A stretch of DNA of 64,000 nt from a virus (taxonomy: Duplodnaviria > Caudoviricetes). Below, piece by piece: positions 8,001 through 18,228 of the stretch. The notes beneath the pieces were generated by a model, which did not search any database, was not told the origin of the DNA, and saw nothing but the letters and a program-made list of their open reading frames with translations. The position numbers and the translations under genes are program-made. The DNA is taken from positions 32,001-96,000 of IMG/VR virus record IMGVR_UViG_3300020577_010124. One strand, given 5' to 3'. Positions within the stretch are counted from its first letter, which is position 1; each line of letters begins with the position of its first letter.

Positions 8001-10847
8001 ATGGCACTTACAAATAAGCTACAAAAAATCGTTGACCTTCCAGTATTTGAATGGTTGAGGTTTGCTCCTACGGCAACAGCAGCCCCGTCTGGTCTTTGTG
8101 CAACAGACGATCTTGGCGGAAGGTTTATGTATTACTTAGTAGCCTCAACTTTTTATAGATATGATCTTTACTCAGATTCATGGCAAGTTTTGGCTCCACC
8201 GAATACGGCTCCTGCTACTTTGATGACAATGAAATATAGCAAGTATTCTGGATATAGAGGACAAGCCATTGCAGGTGGCGCTTCTACGATAACATTAGCA
8301 GGTCTACGGAATAACTTACTTGTTGGACGGACTATTAAGATACTTACTGGAACTGGTGCTGGACAATCAAGAACAATATCATCAATTGCTGAAGCTGTTA
8401 TTGCTGATTTTGGCGTTGTTACTTCAGCCGCAGTCGCAAGCATTGGTGATTCAACAAAGAGATGGAGAATTAATCAATGGGAAGGCTATCAAGTTAGACT
8501 TGTTTATAGTACAGGCCAAACTCAGATAAGAAAAATTCTCTATAATGACACGACTACTTTGTACTTTAATGATACAAACTATCAAGCAATAGATTCATTT
8601 AATAATACTGGTTTCTCGGTAGTCGCTCCTTATGCTGCTCCTATTACAACCGCTGGTTCTCAGACTCACTATGTTATTGAATCTTCTGTTGCAACTGTAA
8701 ACTCTGCTTGGGATACTCAACCTGACAATACTTCTAAGTACCTCATTCAGAGCGGCGGCATTTTTATGTTTTCTTCCGCCGCAGGCGCTCCATTTTCTTC
8801 TTTCCAATGGTACGACATTTTAGCTGATACATGGTATTCAAGAACCGCCATCGGCGGACTTCTTTTGGCTGCCTTTGGTACAGATGCAGCGTTGGATAGA
8901 ACTGGTGAAGTTGGCGGAGCTTTCTTGTCAGGAACATCTTCTGATACTGGTACTGCAAGAACTCTTATTGATTCAACGCAAACAATGACATATGATAGAT
9001 ATGCAAACTACCAAATAAGAATTACAGGCGGAACTGGAATAGGTCAAAAGAGAAGAATAGTTGCAAATAATGATACAACATTTTGGATAGAACGAACTTG
9101 GGATGTAACTCCTGATAACACTTCAACATATTCAGTATATGGAGATACTGATAAGATATGGCTTATGGGAAATGGTAGCTCATGCATGTTTCAGTATTCT
9201 GTTGATTTAGATTCTTGGGCAAGTGGTCCAATTTCTGATGGTGGTGTATGTAGAAATATGTGCGCAACTCTAGTCGGGGGAAGTTCGATTCCTCCTGAAG
9301 AGGGCATAGCTATAACTTCGATTGTTAGAACAACAAGCGGTATAGCAAGCGGCGCAGTTAACGCTGCTGGAACAAACTATATTGTAGGAGATTTGGTTAC
9401 CTGTTCAACTACTGGTACCCTTGGCAGATTTTATGTTACTGCTGTAACAACAGGTGGAGCAGTAAGTTCATTGCAACTTGCGGCATCTGGATCTGGATAT
9501 TCTAACGGTTCTTCTGCAACCACAGGCGGTACTGGATCTGGTTTAACAATAACTTTGACTGTTGGAACTACAGGCCTTGTAACAACGGCTATTAACCATA
9601 ATTTCCAGATAGGACAAACAGTTACTATATCAGGATGCGCTACAGATGTTACATGGAACGGAAACTTTACTATTACAGGAAGCGATGCTCTTACAACTTT
9701 CTCCGTTTCTGGATCGGGAACATCCGCCAGCCCTACAGCGGCAAACTCTCAATCAACTACTGTGATTGTTGATGCTTGTCAAAACTGGATAACAAATGAG
9801 CATGTAGGTAAAGTTGTAAACCTAAATACCGCAGGTGTTTCTCCTACTACTCAGTCAAGAAGAATTACTGCTAATACGGCAACAACGCTAACAGTGGCAA
9901 CTATCGTTGCAGGCGTTAACGGTACTTCAAGATATAACATACAGTCTATTCATGGATTTGGAGCCTATCAGACTAATAAGATTCCAGCAAGAGGCAACTC
10001 TGGCTGGGCAACCGCTGGTACGGGCACAACTCTTACAGATTCAACTAAGGCTTGGACTATTAACCAATGGCTTAACTGTAGAGTTAGAGTTATTTCTGGA
10101 ACTGGCGTTGGAAATGAAGCTGCAATTACGGCTAATAGTCCAACTGTTCTTACTGTTGCCTCATGGCCTAATGCAACTCCTGATACTACCTCTAAGTACG
10201 TAATTTTGGATTCATTTGGTATAGCGACTTCAGGTGCTTTGAATACAATCAATGATACTGCTAAGAACTGGACTACGAATATCCTAGCAGGTAAGAGAGT
10301 TAGAATTATTGCTGGAACAATAGCTGGCTCTGAAGCCGCTATTACGAGCAATACTGCTACAGCTATTACTACTACTATTGGTACTCCTGACGCTACATCT
10401 GCGTATGTCATATATGATCCTCCTGCTCGATCTACAGGAACTAGTTTGAACTGGTTATTTGGATTAAGTAATACTACCAACAAAGGTAAATGGATTATTT
10501 CCTCAAGAGGCGGCGGTTCAAATGCGTTTGATATTTATGATATAACAACAAACCGTTGGGATATCACGCCGTTCTTTGATACGCAGACTGAAACGCAATC
10601 AACAGGAAGCATGTATACATATGACGGCGCAGATACTTTGTATTTTACGAGAGACAATACAGGTCGTATATTTGCTTTGAGCTTGGAGAACTTTACGATA
10701 GTTCCATGCGCTACAACTCCATATGCTCAAGGTACGGCTATTATTGGAAATAGAATGGAAGTTATAGAAACCGAGGACGGTTTGCAGTATATTTATGTTA
10801 TGAGACATTCGGGACAGGAATTCTGGCGAACTCTCAAATTTTGGTAA
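8001..10847 (+). CDS. tail fibre/appendage protein with Kelch-like blades and six repeated beta modules
   Basis: YDLYSDSW, YDILADTW, YSVDLDSW, YDITTNRW blades; repeated I..GTG.GQ.R.I..N..T.L...W...PD.TS.Y; Thr/Gly/Ser rich; GGAG RBS. Confidence 0.7.
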   Translation: MALTNKLQKIVDLPVFEWLRFAPTATAAPSGLCATDDLGGRFMYYLVASTFYRYDLYSDSWQVLAPPNTAPATLMTMKYSKYSGYRGQAIAGGASTITLAGLRNNLLVGRTIKILTGTGAGQSRTISSIAEAVIADFGVVTSAAVASIGDSTKRWRINQWEGYQVRLVYSTGQTQIRKILYNDTTTLYFNDTNYQAIDSFNNTGFSVVAPYAAPITTAGSQTHYVIESSVATVNSAWDTQPDNTSKYLIQSGGIFMFSSAAGAPFSSFQWYDILADTWYSRTAIGGLLLAAFGTDAALDRTGEVGGAFLSGTSSDTGTARTLIDSTQTMTYDRYANYQIRITGGTGIGQKRRIVANNDTTFWIERTWDVTPDNTSTYSVYGDTDKIWLMGNGSSCMFQYSVDLDSWASGPISDGGVCRNMCATLVGGSSIPPEEGIAITSIVRTTSGIASGAVNAAGTNYIVGDLVTCSTTGTLGRFYVTAVTTGGAVSSLQLAASGSGYSNGSSATTGGTGSGLTITLTVGTTGLVTTAINHNFQIGQTVTISGCATDVTWNGNFTITGSDALTTFSVSGSGTSASPTAANSQSTTVIVDACQNWITNEHVGKVVNLNTAGVSPTTQSRRITANTATTLTVATIVAGVNGTSRYNIQSIHGFGAYQTNKIPARGNSGWATAGTGTTLTDSTKAWTINQWLNCRVRVISGTGVGNEAAITANSPTVLTVASWPNATPDTTSKYVILDSFGIATSGALNTINDTAKNWTTNILAGKRVRIIAGTIAGSEAAITSNTATAITTTIGTPDATSAYVIYDPPARSTGTSLNWLFGLSNTTNKGKWIISSRGGGSNAFDIYDITTNRWDITPFFDTQTETQSTGSMYTYDGADTLYFTRDNTGRIFALSLENFTIVPCATTPYAQGTAIIGNRMEVIETEDGLQYIYVMRHSGQEFWRTLKFW

Positions 10848-10859
10848 TGAGGATTAAAG

Positions 10860-11330
10860 ATGATTGTAGCAATTTATGCATATAATGAAAATGGGAAAGT
10901 ATATATATCAACAACACTTCCTCCAAATCTATCTGCGTTACCGACATTTGATTTGTATGTATCTATTCCTTGTCCTTATGTTTTTGTGGATGAGTTGATG
11001 TTCTCTTTACAGAACAATCCAAATCAGGACTATGTTTACCGACTATTGATAGACGTTCCGCTAGAAGTTATAGGTTCTTTTCCTATTGAAAATGGTAAAG
11101 TTGTTGCAAGTGTATGGCTATATCCTGAAGAATCGGGCAGTTTGAGTTTTTCTTTTACCCCAGTTGAAAGCAACAGCGTAAATACTGTTGTTGCAATTGA
11201 TCCTCCGCAACCTATTGATGTAAAAAAGCTGAAAGACTTTTCTGATATTTACTCAAACTCTGTCAAAAAACTTGGAACAGTTAACAAGATTTTGGCAATC
11301 AAAGTAATAATCAGAATAGCGGTTGGATAA
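10860..11330 (+). CDS. hypothetical protein
   Basis: 156-aa ORF with GAGGA RBS filling the gap; no motif recognised. Confidence 0.65.
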   Translation: MIVAIYAYNENGKVYISTTLPPNLSALPTFDLYVSIPCPYVFVDELMFSLQNNPNQDYVYRLLIDVPLEVIGSFPIENGKVVASVWLYPEESGSLSFSFTPVESNSVNTVVAIDPPQPIDVKKLKDFSDIYSNSVKKLGTVNKILAIKVIIRIAVG

Positions 11331-11365
11331 GAGGATTTATTGTCTATTTTCATAACAGGTGTACT

Positions 11366-11773
11366 ATGTCTTATTATACCCTTTCAACTTCTATCGCGCT
11401 AGGCACTAGTAAAACTGGATTGGTTTTAGCTGCTCAATTATTTGATACAAATGGAACTGATGTAGGAACACTTCTTACAGAAAAGTTTGTAGAAATTGGA
11501 CAAGGTAACTATCTTTGGACATATAGCTATTTCCCAGCAGGATTTAGAGGTGGTGTAAAGTTTTATAATCAAGCGGACCTTACAAAAGTTCTTGCTGCTA
11601 GCGCTATAAATCCTGAAGAAGCAGAGACTGTTAAGAATCTTGAAACAACAGTTAACTCTCCTAGACAAATATCCGTAACTGCTCCAACCATTTCTTCTGG
11701 AAACCTTACTATTACTCAAGCAAATTCTTCAGGGACATATAGTGGTATGAACTTGAAAACAGGTGTAAGATAA
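11366..11773 (+). CDS. hypothetical virion-associated beta-rich protein
   Basis: 135-aa ORF; FVEIGQGNYLW resembles the Ig-like GxY motifs of the next gene; TAATG overlap with it. Confidence 0.6.
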   Translation: MSYYTLSTSIALGTSKTGLVLAAQLFDTNGTDVGTLLTEKFVEIGQGNYLWTYSYFPAGFRGGVKFYNQADLTKVLAASAINPEEAETVKNLETTVNSPRQISVTAPTISSGNLTITQANSSGTYSGMNLKTGVR

Positions 11774-13056
11774 TGCAAAGAATCTATATTGAATATCAAA
11801 TATCTGGCGTTTATACCAATGCTTTCTCAGTAAAACTGGCTTCGGTTGACGGAACCTACGGTATCAAAAAGCAAGACGGTACAGTTATTGTAGCTAGTGG
11901 TACATCTGTATTAAATCCATCAACGGGTATTTATGAATACAGTTTTGAAGAAGATGAAAATATAACTTACACAGCTTCCTGGGAAATTGTTCCTATAGAG
12001 GGAGATCTTCCTGTATACTCAACTCAAACAGTTGGTCCATTTTCGCTAACAACTTCCGTAAAAGCTGTTGCGGATATGCGAGGAGAGTTTGTTCAAGGAA
12101 CAACAGGAACTTTATTTCTAAGCCTTGCAGACATACATAGCAATCCTATTACTGCTAGCTCAATTACAGTATCTATATCAAATGCTTCAGATGTTGTTGT
12201 TACCGAGGTATCTCCTGATTTTATCAAGTCTGGTTTTTATGCTTTTGATTGGGATGTTCCGACAACAATCGACCCAGGAGCTTATACTGTTACGTGGAGT
12301 TATACGGCAGATGGAATAAATAGCGTAGAGCTTCAAAGCATTATTGTATCTGCTCCAGGAGATTCAACATATGCTATGTCTCAAATGTATGGGGCAAGAA
12401 TAAGCGATCTTAGAACAGCTTTGACTCAGATGATTTGTTGTGCGCAAAAGATCCCTGTTTATCATGAAGAGGGAATTCCTGATGCTGATAATGTAAAGTT
12501 CAAATTTACATTCCCTCAGTGGAATCAAGCTTATGGAACTCGAATATATAGAAATAACAAACTTGTTGAGAATGGAATTTCTATTAACTACTTTCGAGGA
12601 TATGTTGTATTTGATGAAGCGGTTTCTGATTTTGATGTTATTCATGCAGATTACAATTTCCGTTGGTTCTCTGACGAAGACCTAGACAGATTTTTGTCTA
12701 ACGCATTGCATGTTATCAATTCGTATCCTGCTCAAACGCATTTCGATCTGTTCTATCTTCCAGATAACTATATTGCTGCGTTGCTTTATGGAGCAGCAAA
12801 AGACGCAATCAGAGAGTTGCTTATGTGCTTGCAGTTTCAGCAGCCTCAGCAAGTATTTGGTGGTTCAGAAGCTGCGCAAAAAGCCTTCTCAAACATGGAA
12901 ACTCTTAAGAAGAACTACGAAGAAGAATTCGTTAGACTCCTTGAAATCAAGAAGTTTGGAAAGTATCCTCGAATCAAGACCGTTACAGTGCCTGAGTTCA
13001 CTTTGCCAGGCGGACGTTCAAGATGGTTCAGATATATGTTTGGCGGCGGCTCATAA
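11773..13056 (+). CDS. putative head-tail adaptor/neck protein with N-terminal Ig-like domains
   Basis: Two beta-sandwich units (TGIYEYSF; SGFYAFDWDVP...GAYTVTWSY), then a helical FSDEDLDRFLSNAL...LLYGAA adaptor-like domain. Confidence 0.55.
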   Translation: MQRIYIEYQISGVYTNAFSVKLASVDGTYGIKKQDGTVIVASGTSVLNPSTGIYEYSFEEDENITYTASWEIVPIEGDLPVYSTQTVGPFSLTTSVKAVADMRGEFVQGTTGTLFLSLADIHSNPITASSITVSISNASDVVVTEVSPDFIKSGFYAFDWDVPTTIDPGAYTVTWSYTADGINSVELQSIIVSAPGDSTYAMSQMYGARISDLRTALTQMICCAQKIPVYHEEGIPDADNVKFKFTFPQWNQAYGTRIYRNNKLVENGISINYFRGYVVFDEAVSDFDVIHADYNFRWFSDEDLDRFLSNALHVINSYPAQTHFDLFYLPDNYIAALLYGAAKDAIRELLMCLQFQQPQQVFGGSEAAQKAFSNMETLKKNYEEEFVRLLEIKKFGKYPRIKTVTVPEFTLPGGRSRWFRYMFGGGS

Positions 13057-13073
13057 TAGCCGACAATATTGGT

Positions 13074-13451
13074 ATGGAAAACAAAAGCAAACCTACATCA
13101 AAAGAAATGCTCGAAAAGATGCGTAAGCTTGGCATAGACAAAGAGGTTGAATTCTACTTTGTTCCTTCTCAAGAATTGAGAAATAGAATTGCAAGAGGCG
13201 GAGATCCTATTCTTGATCAGCTTCCAGAATCTGCCAAGAAGATTATACTTACTTGCCCGCCAGGCAAAGGCATATCTCAATATAACCAAATGGTCTTGAA
13301 ATACATTGAGGGAACTCTTGATAAAAGAAACTCATACGTATTCGATCTTGGCGAGATTCGTGTGCAAAATGCTAACGAACTTATGATAAAATGTCTTAAC
13401 AGATCTGTCAATAACGAAATCAAAGGACTTACTTATAAACCGACCGAATAA
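13074..13451 (+). CDS. hypothetical protein
   Basis: Probable start at ATG 13074 (MENKSK...), 17 nt after the upstream stop; no RBS. Confidence 0.65.
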   Translation: MENKSKPTSKEMLEKMRKLGIDKEVEFYFVPSQELRNRIARGGDPILDQLPESAKKIILTCPPGKGISQYNQMVLKYIEGTLDKRNSYVFDLGEIRVQNANELMIKCLNRSVNNEIKGLTYKPTE

Positions 13452-13499
13452 GAAGTGCTAGGCGTACTAGTTTTATTGAGTAATTCCGAGATACATGCG

Positions 13500-13573
13500 G
13501 TGAGAAACCTTCCTGATTGCGAGTCCAATGATAGACCCGCACCCTTATAAAAAGGGTTAGGAAGGTTTTACAC
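13500..13573 (+). ncRNA. predicted three-way-junction structured RNA in the phoH leader
   Basis: P1 13500-13516/13557-13573 (17 positions, one mismatch); P2 13518-13525/13534-13541; P3 13542-13546/13552-13556. Folded by eye. Confidence 0.5.
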
Positions 13574-13610
13574 TTTAAGCATCCTCTATTTTTGTTTCAA
13601 AGGAGCGATA

Positions 13611-14426
13611 ATGGCAAGAAAATCAAAGCACAAGAAGGTCAACGATAGTTTTGTTATGGCCGAAAATAGCACTTCTAAATTGTTAGTTGCTGTCAGTGCA
13701 AGAAATGCTGGGCAGAAAAAAGCTCTTAAAGCTATTGCAGACAATCAAGTAACATTTCTATATGGAGCGCCAGGTACTGGCAAGACCCATTGTGCCGTAG
13801 GTTATGGTATTCAAGAAATGCTCAAGGGAACTTATGAGCGAGTCATTTTTACTAGACCCTATGTTGAAGCTGGTGAAAAGCTTGGATTTTTGCCAGGCGG
13901 ATTTGATAGTAAGTTTGCCCCTTTCGTTATGCCTCTATATGAAGTTGTTTCTGATTATCTTAGTCAAGATGAAATCAAAGCCATGATCGAAGATAAGCGA
14001 ATCATTGTCTATCCTCTTGCATATATGAGAGGAGCTACATTCAAAAAATCATTTATTGTTGCTGACGAAGTTCAGAACTCTACAATGCAACAGATGCGAA
14101 TGATGCTTACTCGTATCGGAGAAGGTACGAAGATTGTTTGCACGGGCGACGTAGAGCAGTCCGACCTTGGTTCAAGAGTAAATGGTTTGGCAGACGCTAT
14201 TGAGCGACTTCCTGGCGTTGAAAATCTAGAGTTTGTTGAGCTTGGTTATGATTCTTGCGTAAGAGAGAAGATTGTTTCTGATATTGACCGTAGATACAAG
14301 TCTAAGCCATTCCTTAGCGCTGACGATTTGGCTAAGATACAAGAAGAAAATCTTAAGAATAATGGTAAATATAGGTCTAATGCAGAAGAAGCTCTCGGAG
14401 ATAATGAGGGAGACGACTCAAACTGA
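13611..14426 (+). CDS. phoH: PhoH family ATPase
   Basis: GAPGTGKT Walker A, TRPYVEAGEKLGFLPG, LAYMRGATF, DEVQN, LTRIG, GDVEQSD; AAGGAG RBS. Confidence 0.96.
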   Translation: MARKSKHKKVNDSFVMAENSTSKLLVAVSARNAGQKKALKAIADNQVTFLYGAPGTGKTHCAVGYGIQEMLKGTYERVIFTRPYVEAGEKLGFLPGGFDSKFAPFVMPLYEVVSDYLSQDEIKAMIEDKRIIVYPLAYMRGATFKKSFIVADEVQNSTMQQMRMMLTRIGEGTKIVCTGDVEQSDLGSRVNGLADAIERLPGVENLEFVELGYDSCVREKIVSDIDRRYKSKPFLSADDLAKIQEENLKNNGKYRSNAEEALGDNEGDDSN

Positions 14427-14521
14427 CGATTTAAGAAAAGGCGCATTAGCCTCTCATTCCTGCAAGTCTTGAAGGAGTGAGAGCTTTTGCGTTGGAAGAG
14501 GTAGATAAGGAGAACAAGGGA

Positions 14522-17500
14522 ATGAAGGTTACTGACTTTTTCAAGCGAATCAAGGCCAGCCTATTTACGGAGGCTCAACTTCGTCGTTTTATCAACGACG
14601 ATATTCCTCTTAATCCAAAAGAGCCTTTTCCTGCAAAAACGCCGCCTGTTGTAAAAAAGCCAGCCCCTAAAGCTGTTGTTCCTTTTGCTCCAACTCCATA
14701 TGAGCCTATGCCTGCTCCTGCTAATAAACCAGCAGTCATGCCAAGTCCTCAAGTTGCTCCAATTTCGCAACCTCAACAAAGCCAACCAACAGAACAAGAG
14801 CTAACTCCTCGCCAACAACAGTTTGCGACTCTGTTGCAACGACTTTATGATAAAGAACTAAATAACGAACTCAATGGCCTTGATCCTATTGAAAAGGCTG
14901 AGTTTGATTATGACAACTTTAATCGCTCTTTCAAATCTAATGTTCTTCGAAAACTTCCGCCAGAAAACAGAGAAGACATGGTTGTTGCGATGGATGTCTT
15001 TTTGCAAAAACTCAACAAAGACCAAGGCGGTTTTAGTAAAAATGAAATCATGAGTCTTTTGAGAGACGGATATACAAATATTCTAAACTCTACAAAGCCA
15101 ACAAAAGACGGATCGCCTGATATCAAAAGCGTTCACAATAAGTTCTTGCGAGAGTTTGGAACGCAACCAACTTTCAAGCCGTATATACGAGAGTTTCTAG
15201 AGAATATTGCTAAAGAACAGATGCCAGGAGAATCTTCTCCTATTATGCGTCAAGTTGCTGTTCCTAATAAGTTCCCAGATCTAAGCGAACAAGTTGTTCG
15301 TGGTCTTATTTATTTTGAAGGCGCAGAGAAACTTCGAACATGGCCGCATTTCTTGCAAAATGAAAACAACGAGAAAATGCTCGACCGTATTGTTGAAGAT
15401 ATTGTCAAATCCGCCAACATCAATCGAGAGCAGCTTTCTACCAACTTCCTTCAATCGTATCTTGGCTTGGGCGGCGGTCAGTCTAATAACTCTCAGGCTA
15501 ACCTTCGACGCTTCTATCAGCTATTTATTGACAATAATCTGAAGGACAAGAATATTGATCCAGTAGAGATTCAGAGACGGCTCAACACCGTTGACCCTAA
15601 CTCTCCAAATCAGAGACTGGCTGTACATGATATTATCAAGTTTGTTAATAGCACTCTATTCATGCCCGACAAGTATGGCAAAGAATATATTGTCAAGTAT
15701 ATGCTTTCCAGAAAACCTGGCGAGCTACGAAAAATCCTTAAGCAAAATGGCGCAACTCCAGAAGATATCGCTTCTATTATGACGGTACAAGGGGAAGAAG
15801 GTCAAGAGCAGGTCCAGATACGCAAAGACCAAGGTATCAATACAAGCAGAAATCAACAAGTTGTTCGTCCATATTTGAAGCCAATCTCAGAATATATTGA
15901 TACTCTCATAACTTCTCAAGATGAAGACTTCTTTGATTGGTGTGCAACAGAAGCCTATCGAGATTATGGTAGAGGTATGCAATCTATAACCAGAAACGCT
16001 CCAAGAACTAAGGGAGAAAATGGCGAGGATATTGCCTACGACTTTGCAGACGAAGATCAGCATGGTTTTGGAGATGATTCTGATGATGTTGACAATGATA
16101 GAGACGAGTTTGCAGAACAAAACAGTCTTGGCGAAGACGAGGGCGAAGAAGACGTTAAGAGAGTTATGTCTAATGAAGGTCTTCCTGCCGAGGAAGTTGT
16201 TCCAGACGAAAATGCAACAGTTAAGCCAGAACAACTAACAAGTTTCTTTGACAACTACAAGAAGATTAGAGCTTTGTATGGCGATATAGCAACTGCTATG
16301 GACCGACAGTATTTGTCTTCTTTATCTAAGATGTCTGCTGCTCCTCAAGCAAAAACTGACGAGGAAGGCGGAGAGGAAGAGGGCGGCGGTAGTGTTTCTA
16401 GAGAATCATTGTTGACCATTCTGCAAAAGCAGGCACTATACAAAATGCTTTTCAGTCTTTCGGACAAGCGCATGGCTGATTTTTTCGGAACGTCACACAA
16501 TGGTATTCCTGTTACGGATACTCGTCTTCTTTCTATTATCAATCAAGATTGGAATGAACTAGTTAGACCATATGACTTGGCAAAAGAATTAGATCTAACC
16601 ATGAACAATCCGATCATCGCTCAAACTGTACAGAGAGCTTTGAATGACGGTTTAGGATTGGCTGGCGGCAAGACGCAAAGCAATACTCCCGAAGGAATGT
16701 ATCGAGCGATATTTGGAGATCCAGGCAAGCAAGACGCTGCTAATCTAACAGTCAGAATGTGGATTCGTTTGAATAACTTTGAAAACTTGTTATTGAGTCC
16801 TGAGATTGCGGGTAAACATGGAAAAGAAGCTTTGGTTTCTTTCCTTGATATGGTTGGTATGGACAAGAGAGTTATTCGCTTGGGTTCTTTGCTTTCTAAG
16901 AGTAATGCTGCTGGTATAAATGACAAGATTGAATACTTGACCGAACTTGTTAGAAGAGGTTCTATAACCGATTTTACCGAGGACCAAATAGAGAACATGA
17001 GCATAGACGAGCTTTCGTCTGTGTTTGGTCGTGTACGTAGAGAACTAGAAGGTTTCTATGGAAACTCGGCGATGAAGCGTCAGGCTATTATGGATAGTCC
17101 TACGATTACAGATCAAGATATTGCAGAAGTCGGAGCTTCGCTAGGAATACGATCTAAGAAAGATTTCCAGAATGCTCCAACTGCTAAAGCAAATGCTGTT
17201 ATCAAAGGCATATATACTTCTGACCGATACGAAAAAATCAAGATGCAAACAGAAGAAGACGAAAGCCTTCGTACATATTTGAAAAACGGAATTAAGAAGA
17301 GAAGTGAAACGGACGAGGCTATTCTTCCTAAGCTTGGACTAGATACTTACTTGGATATTGATAATCTACCAGGACGTAGAGTTCAGCAGATAGCTCAAGT
17401 CTACTATCCTGACGTTTATCAAGCTTTTAGAGCAGGGAAGCTCAAGTCCGTTGGAGAGAGCGCAAAGCCTCTAGAGAATACGTTTAAGAAGACACTTTCA

Positions 17501-18034
17501 AGCTATGTATCTGCTAATCCAAAACTACTTCAAGTATTGGGCTATCCTTCTATGGACGAGTTCAATGATTTCTTGAAGAAGTCAACGGGAGACGATCTAT
17601 CAAAGCCAATGGAGAAGATTTTGTCTCGTAGCGGCGAGCTTGAACAAATGAAGCCAGGCCCATTGCGAGAGGTTATGAATACTTACAACAGATACTTGTC
17701 TGTTAGAGACTTCTCGCAGAATCCTGACCAAGCAAGACTTGGCGTTGCTTTGAAGCATCATATCCACAACAACTTGATAAAGCCTGACGAAACAAAGGGT
17801 TCGGTTCCTACAGGAATGTTGAATCAAGCTCTTGTCTTTGCTAAGATTCTTGATCTTCCAAAGAAGCAAGTTGCGGCCAAACTCAGAATGCTTAGTTTGA
17901 AAAAGATTGCATCACAAAAGCGCTATAATGCTCTCGTTCAATTGAGGTACCGATTTGCTCAGCGTAGTGTCGATACAACTATGCTAGACCAACTGATAGC
18001 GAAAGTGCTTGAAGATGCCAGAAGATTCGACTAA
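14522..18034 (+). CDS. large hypothetical protein (1170 aa; possible internal head protein)
   Basis: Long ORF; likely start ATG 14522 after AAGGAG. Pro/Gln-rich N-terminal linker, acidic central tract, otherwise helical. Confidence 0.7.
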   Translation: MKVTDFFKRIKASLFTEAQLRRFINDDIPLNPKEPFPAKTPPVVKKPAPKAVVPFAPTPYEPMPAPANKPAVMPSPQVAPISQPQQSQPTEQELTPRQQQFATLLQRLYDKELNNELNGLDPIEKAEFDYDNFNRSFKSNVLRKLPPENREDMVVAMDVFLQKLNKDQGGFSKNEIMSLLRDGYTNILNSTKPTKDGSPDIKSVHNKFLREFGTQPTFKPYIREFLENIAKEQMPGESSPIMRQVAVPNKFPDLSEQVVRGLIYFEGAEKLRTWPHFLQNENNEKMLDRIVEDIVKSANINREQLSTNFLQSYLGLGGGQSNNSQANLRRFYQLFIDNNLKDKNIDPVEIQRRLNTVDPNSPNQRLAVHDIIKFVNSTLFMPDKYGKEYIVKYMLSRKPGELRKILKQNGATPEDIASIMTVQGEEGQEQVQIRKDQGINTSRNQQVVRPYLKPISEYIDTLITSQDEDFFDWCATEAYRDYGRGMQSITRNAPRTKGENGEDIAYDFADEDQHGFGDDSDDVDNDRDEFAEQNSLGEDEGEEDVKRVMSNEGLPAEEVVPDENATVKPEQLTSFFDNYKKIRALYGDIATAMDRQYLSSLSKMSAAPQAKTDEEGGEEEGGGSVSRESLLTILQKQALYKMLFSLSDKRMADFFGTSHNGIPVTDTRLLSIINQDWNELVRPYDLAKELDLTMNNPIIAQTVQRALNDGLGLAGGKTQSNTPEGMYRAIFGDPGKQDAANLTVRMWIRLNNFENLLLSPEIAGKHGKEALVSFLDMVGMDKRVIRLGSLLSKSNAAGINDKIEYLTELVRRGSITDFTEDQIENMSIDELSSVFGRVRRELEGFYGNSAMKRQAIMDSPTITDQDIAEVGASLGIRSKKDFQNAPTAKANAVIKGIYTSDRYEKIKMQTEEDESLRTYLKNGIKKRSETDEAILPKLGLDTYLDIDNLPGRRVQQIAQVYYPDVYQAFRAGKLKSVGESAKPLENTFKKTLSSYVSANPKLLQVLGYPSMDEFNDFLKKSTGDDLSKPMEKILSRSGELEQMKPGPLREVMNTYNRYLSVRDFSQNPDQARLGVALKHHIHNNLIKPDETKGSVPTGMLNQALVFAKILDLPKKQVAAKLRMLSLKKIASQKRYNALVQLRYRFAQRSVDTTMLDQLIAKVLEDARRFD

Positions 18035-18227
18035 GACAGAAGAGGCTCCGATACCTAGATTTGTGTTTGTCTGCGCCTTTTGCAGATCCCATGATAGCTC
18101 TCCGTCTATTGAGTTCAACTTTGGCGATGCCAAGGTTTATAGCTATTGCAAATCATGCAAGAAGATGAATGAGATGGACTTCTCAAAGACGATGCCTTCT
18201 TCATATCCAAAACCAAGGCGAATATGA
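18015..18227 (+). CDS. small zinc-ribbon protein
   Basis: CAFC...CKSC pair of CxxC motifs in 70 aa. Confidence 0.65.
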   Translation: MPEDSTKTEEAPIPRFVFVCAFCRSHDSSPSIEFNFGDAKVYSYCKSCKKMNEMDFSKTMPSSYPKPRRI

Positions 18228-18228
18228 G

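Noticed and set aside
13500-13573. Hammerhead ribozyme or tRNA
   Set aside because: CTGATTG deviates from CUGANGA, no GAAA follows stem II on either strand, and there is no T-loop or cloverleaf.
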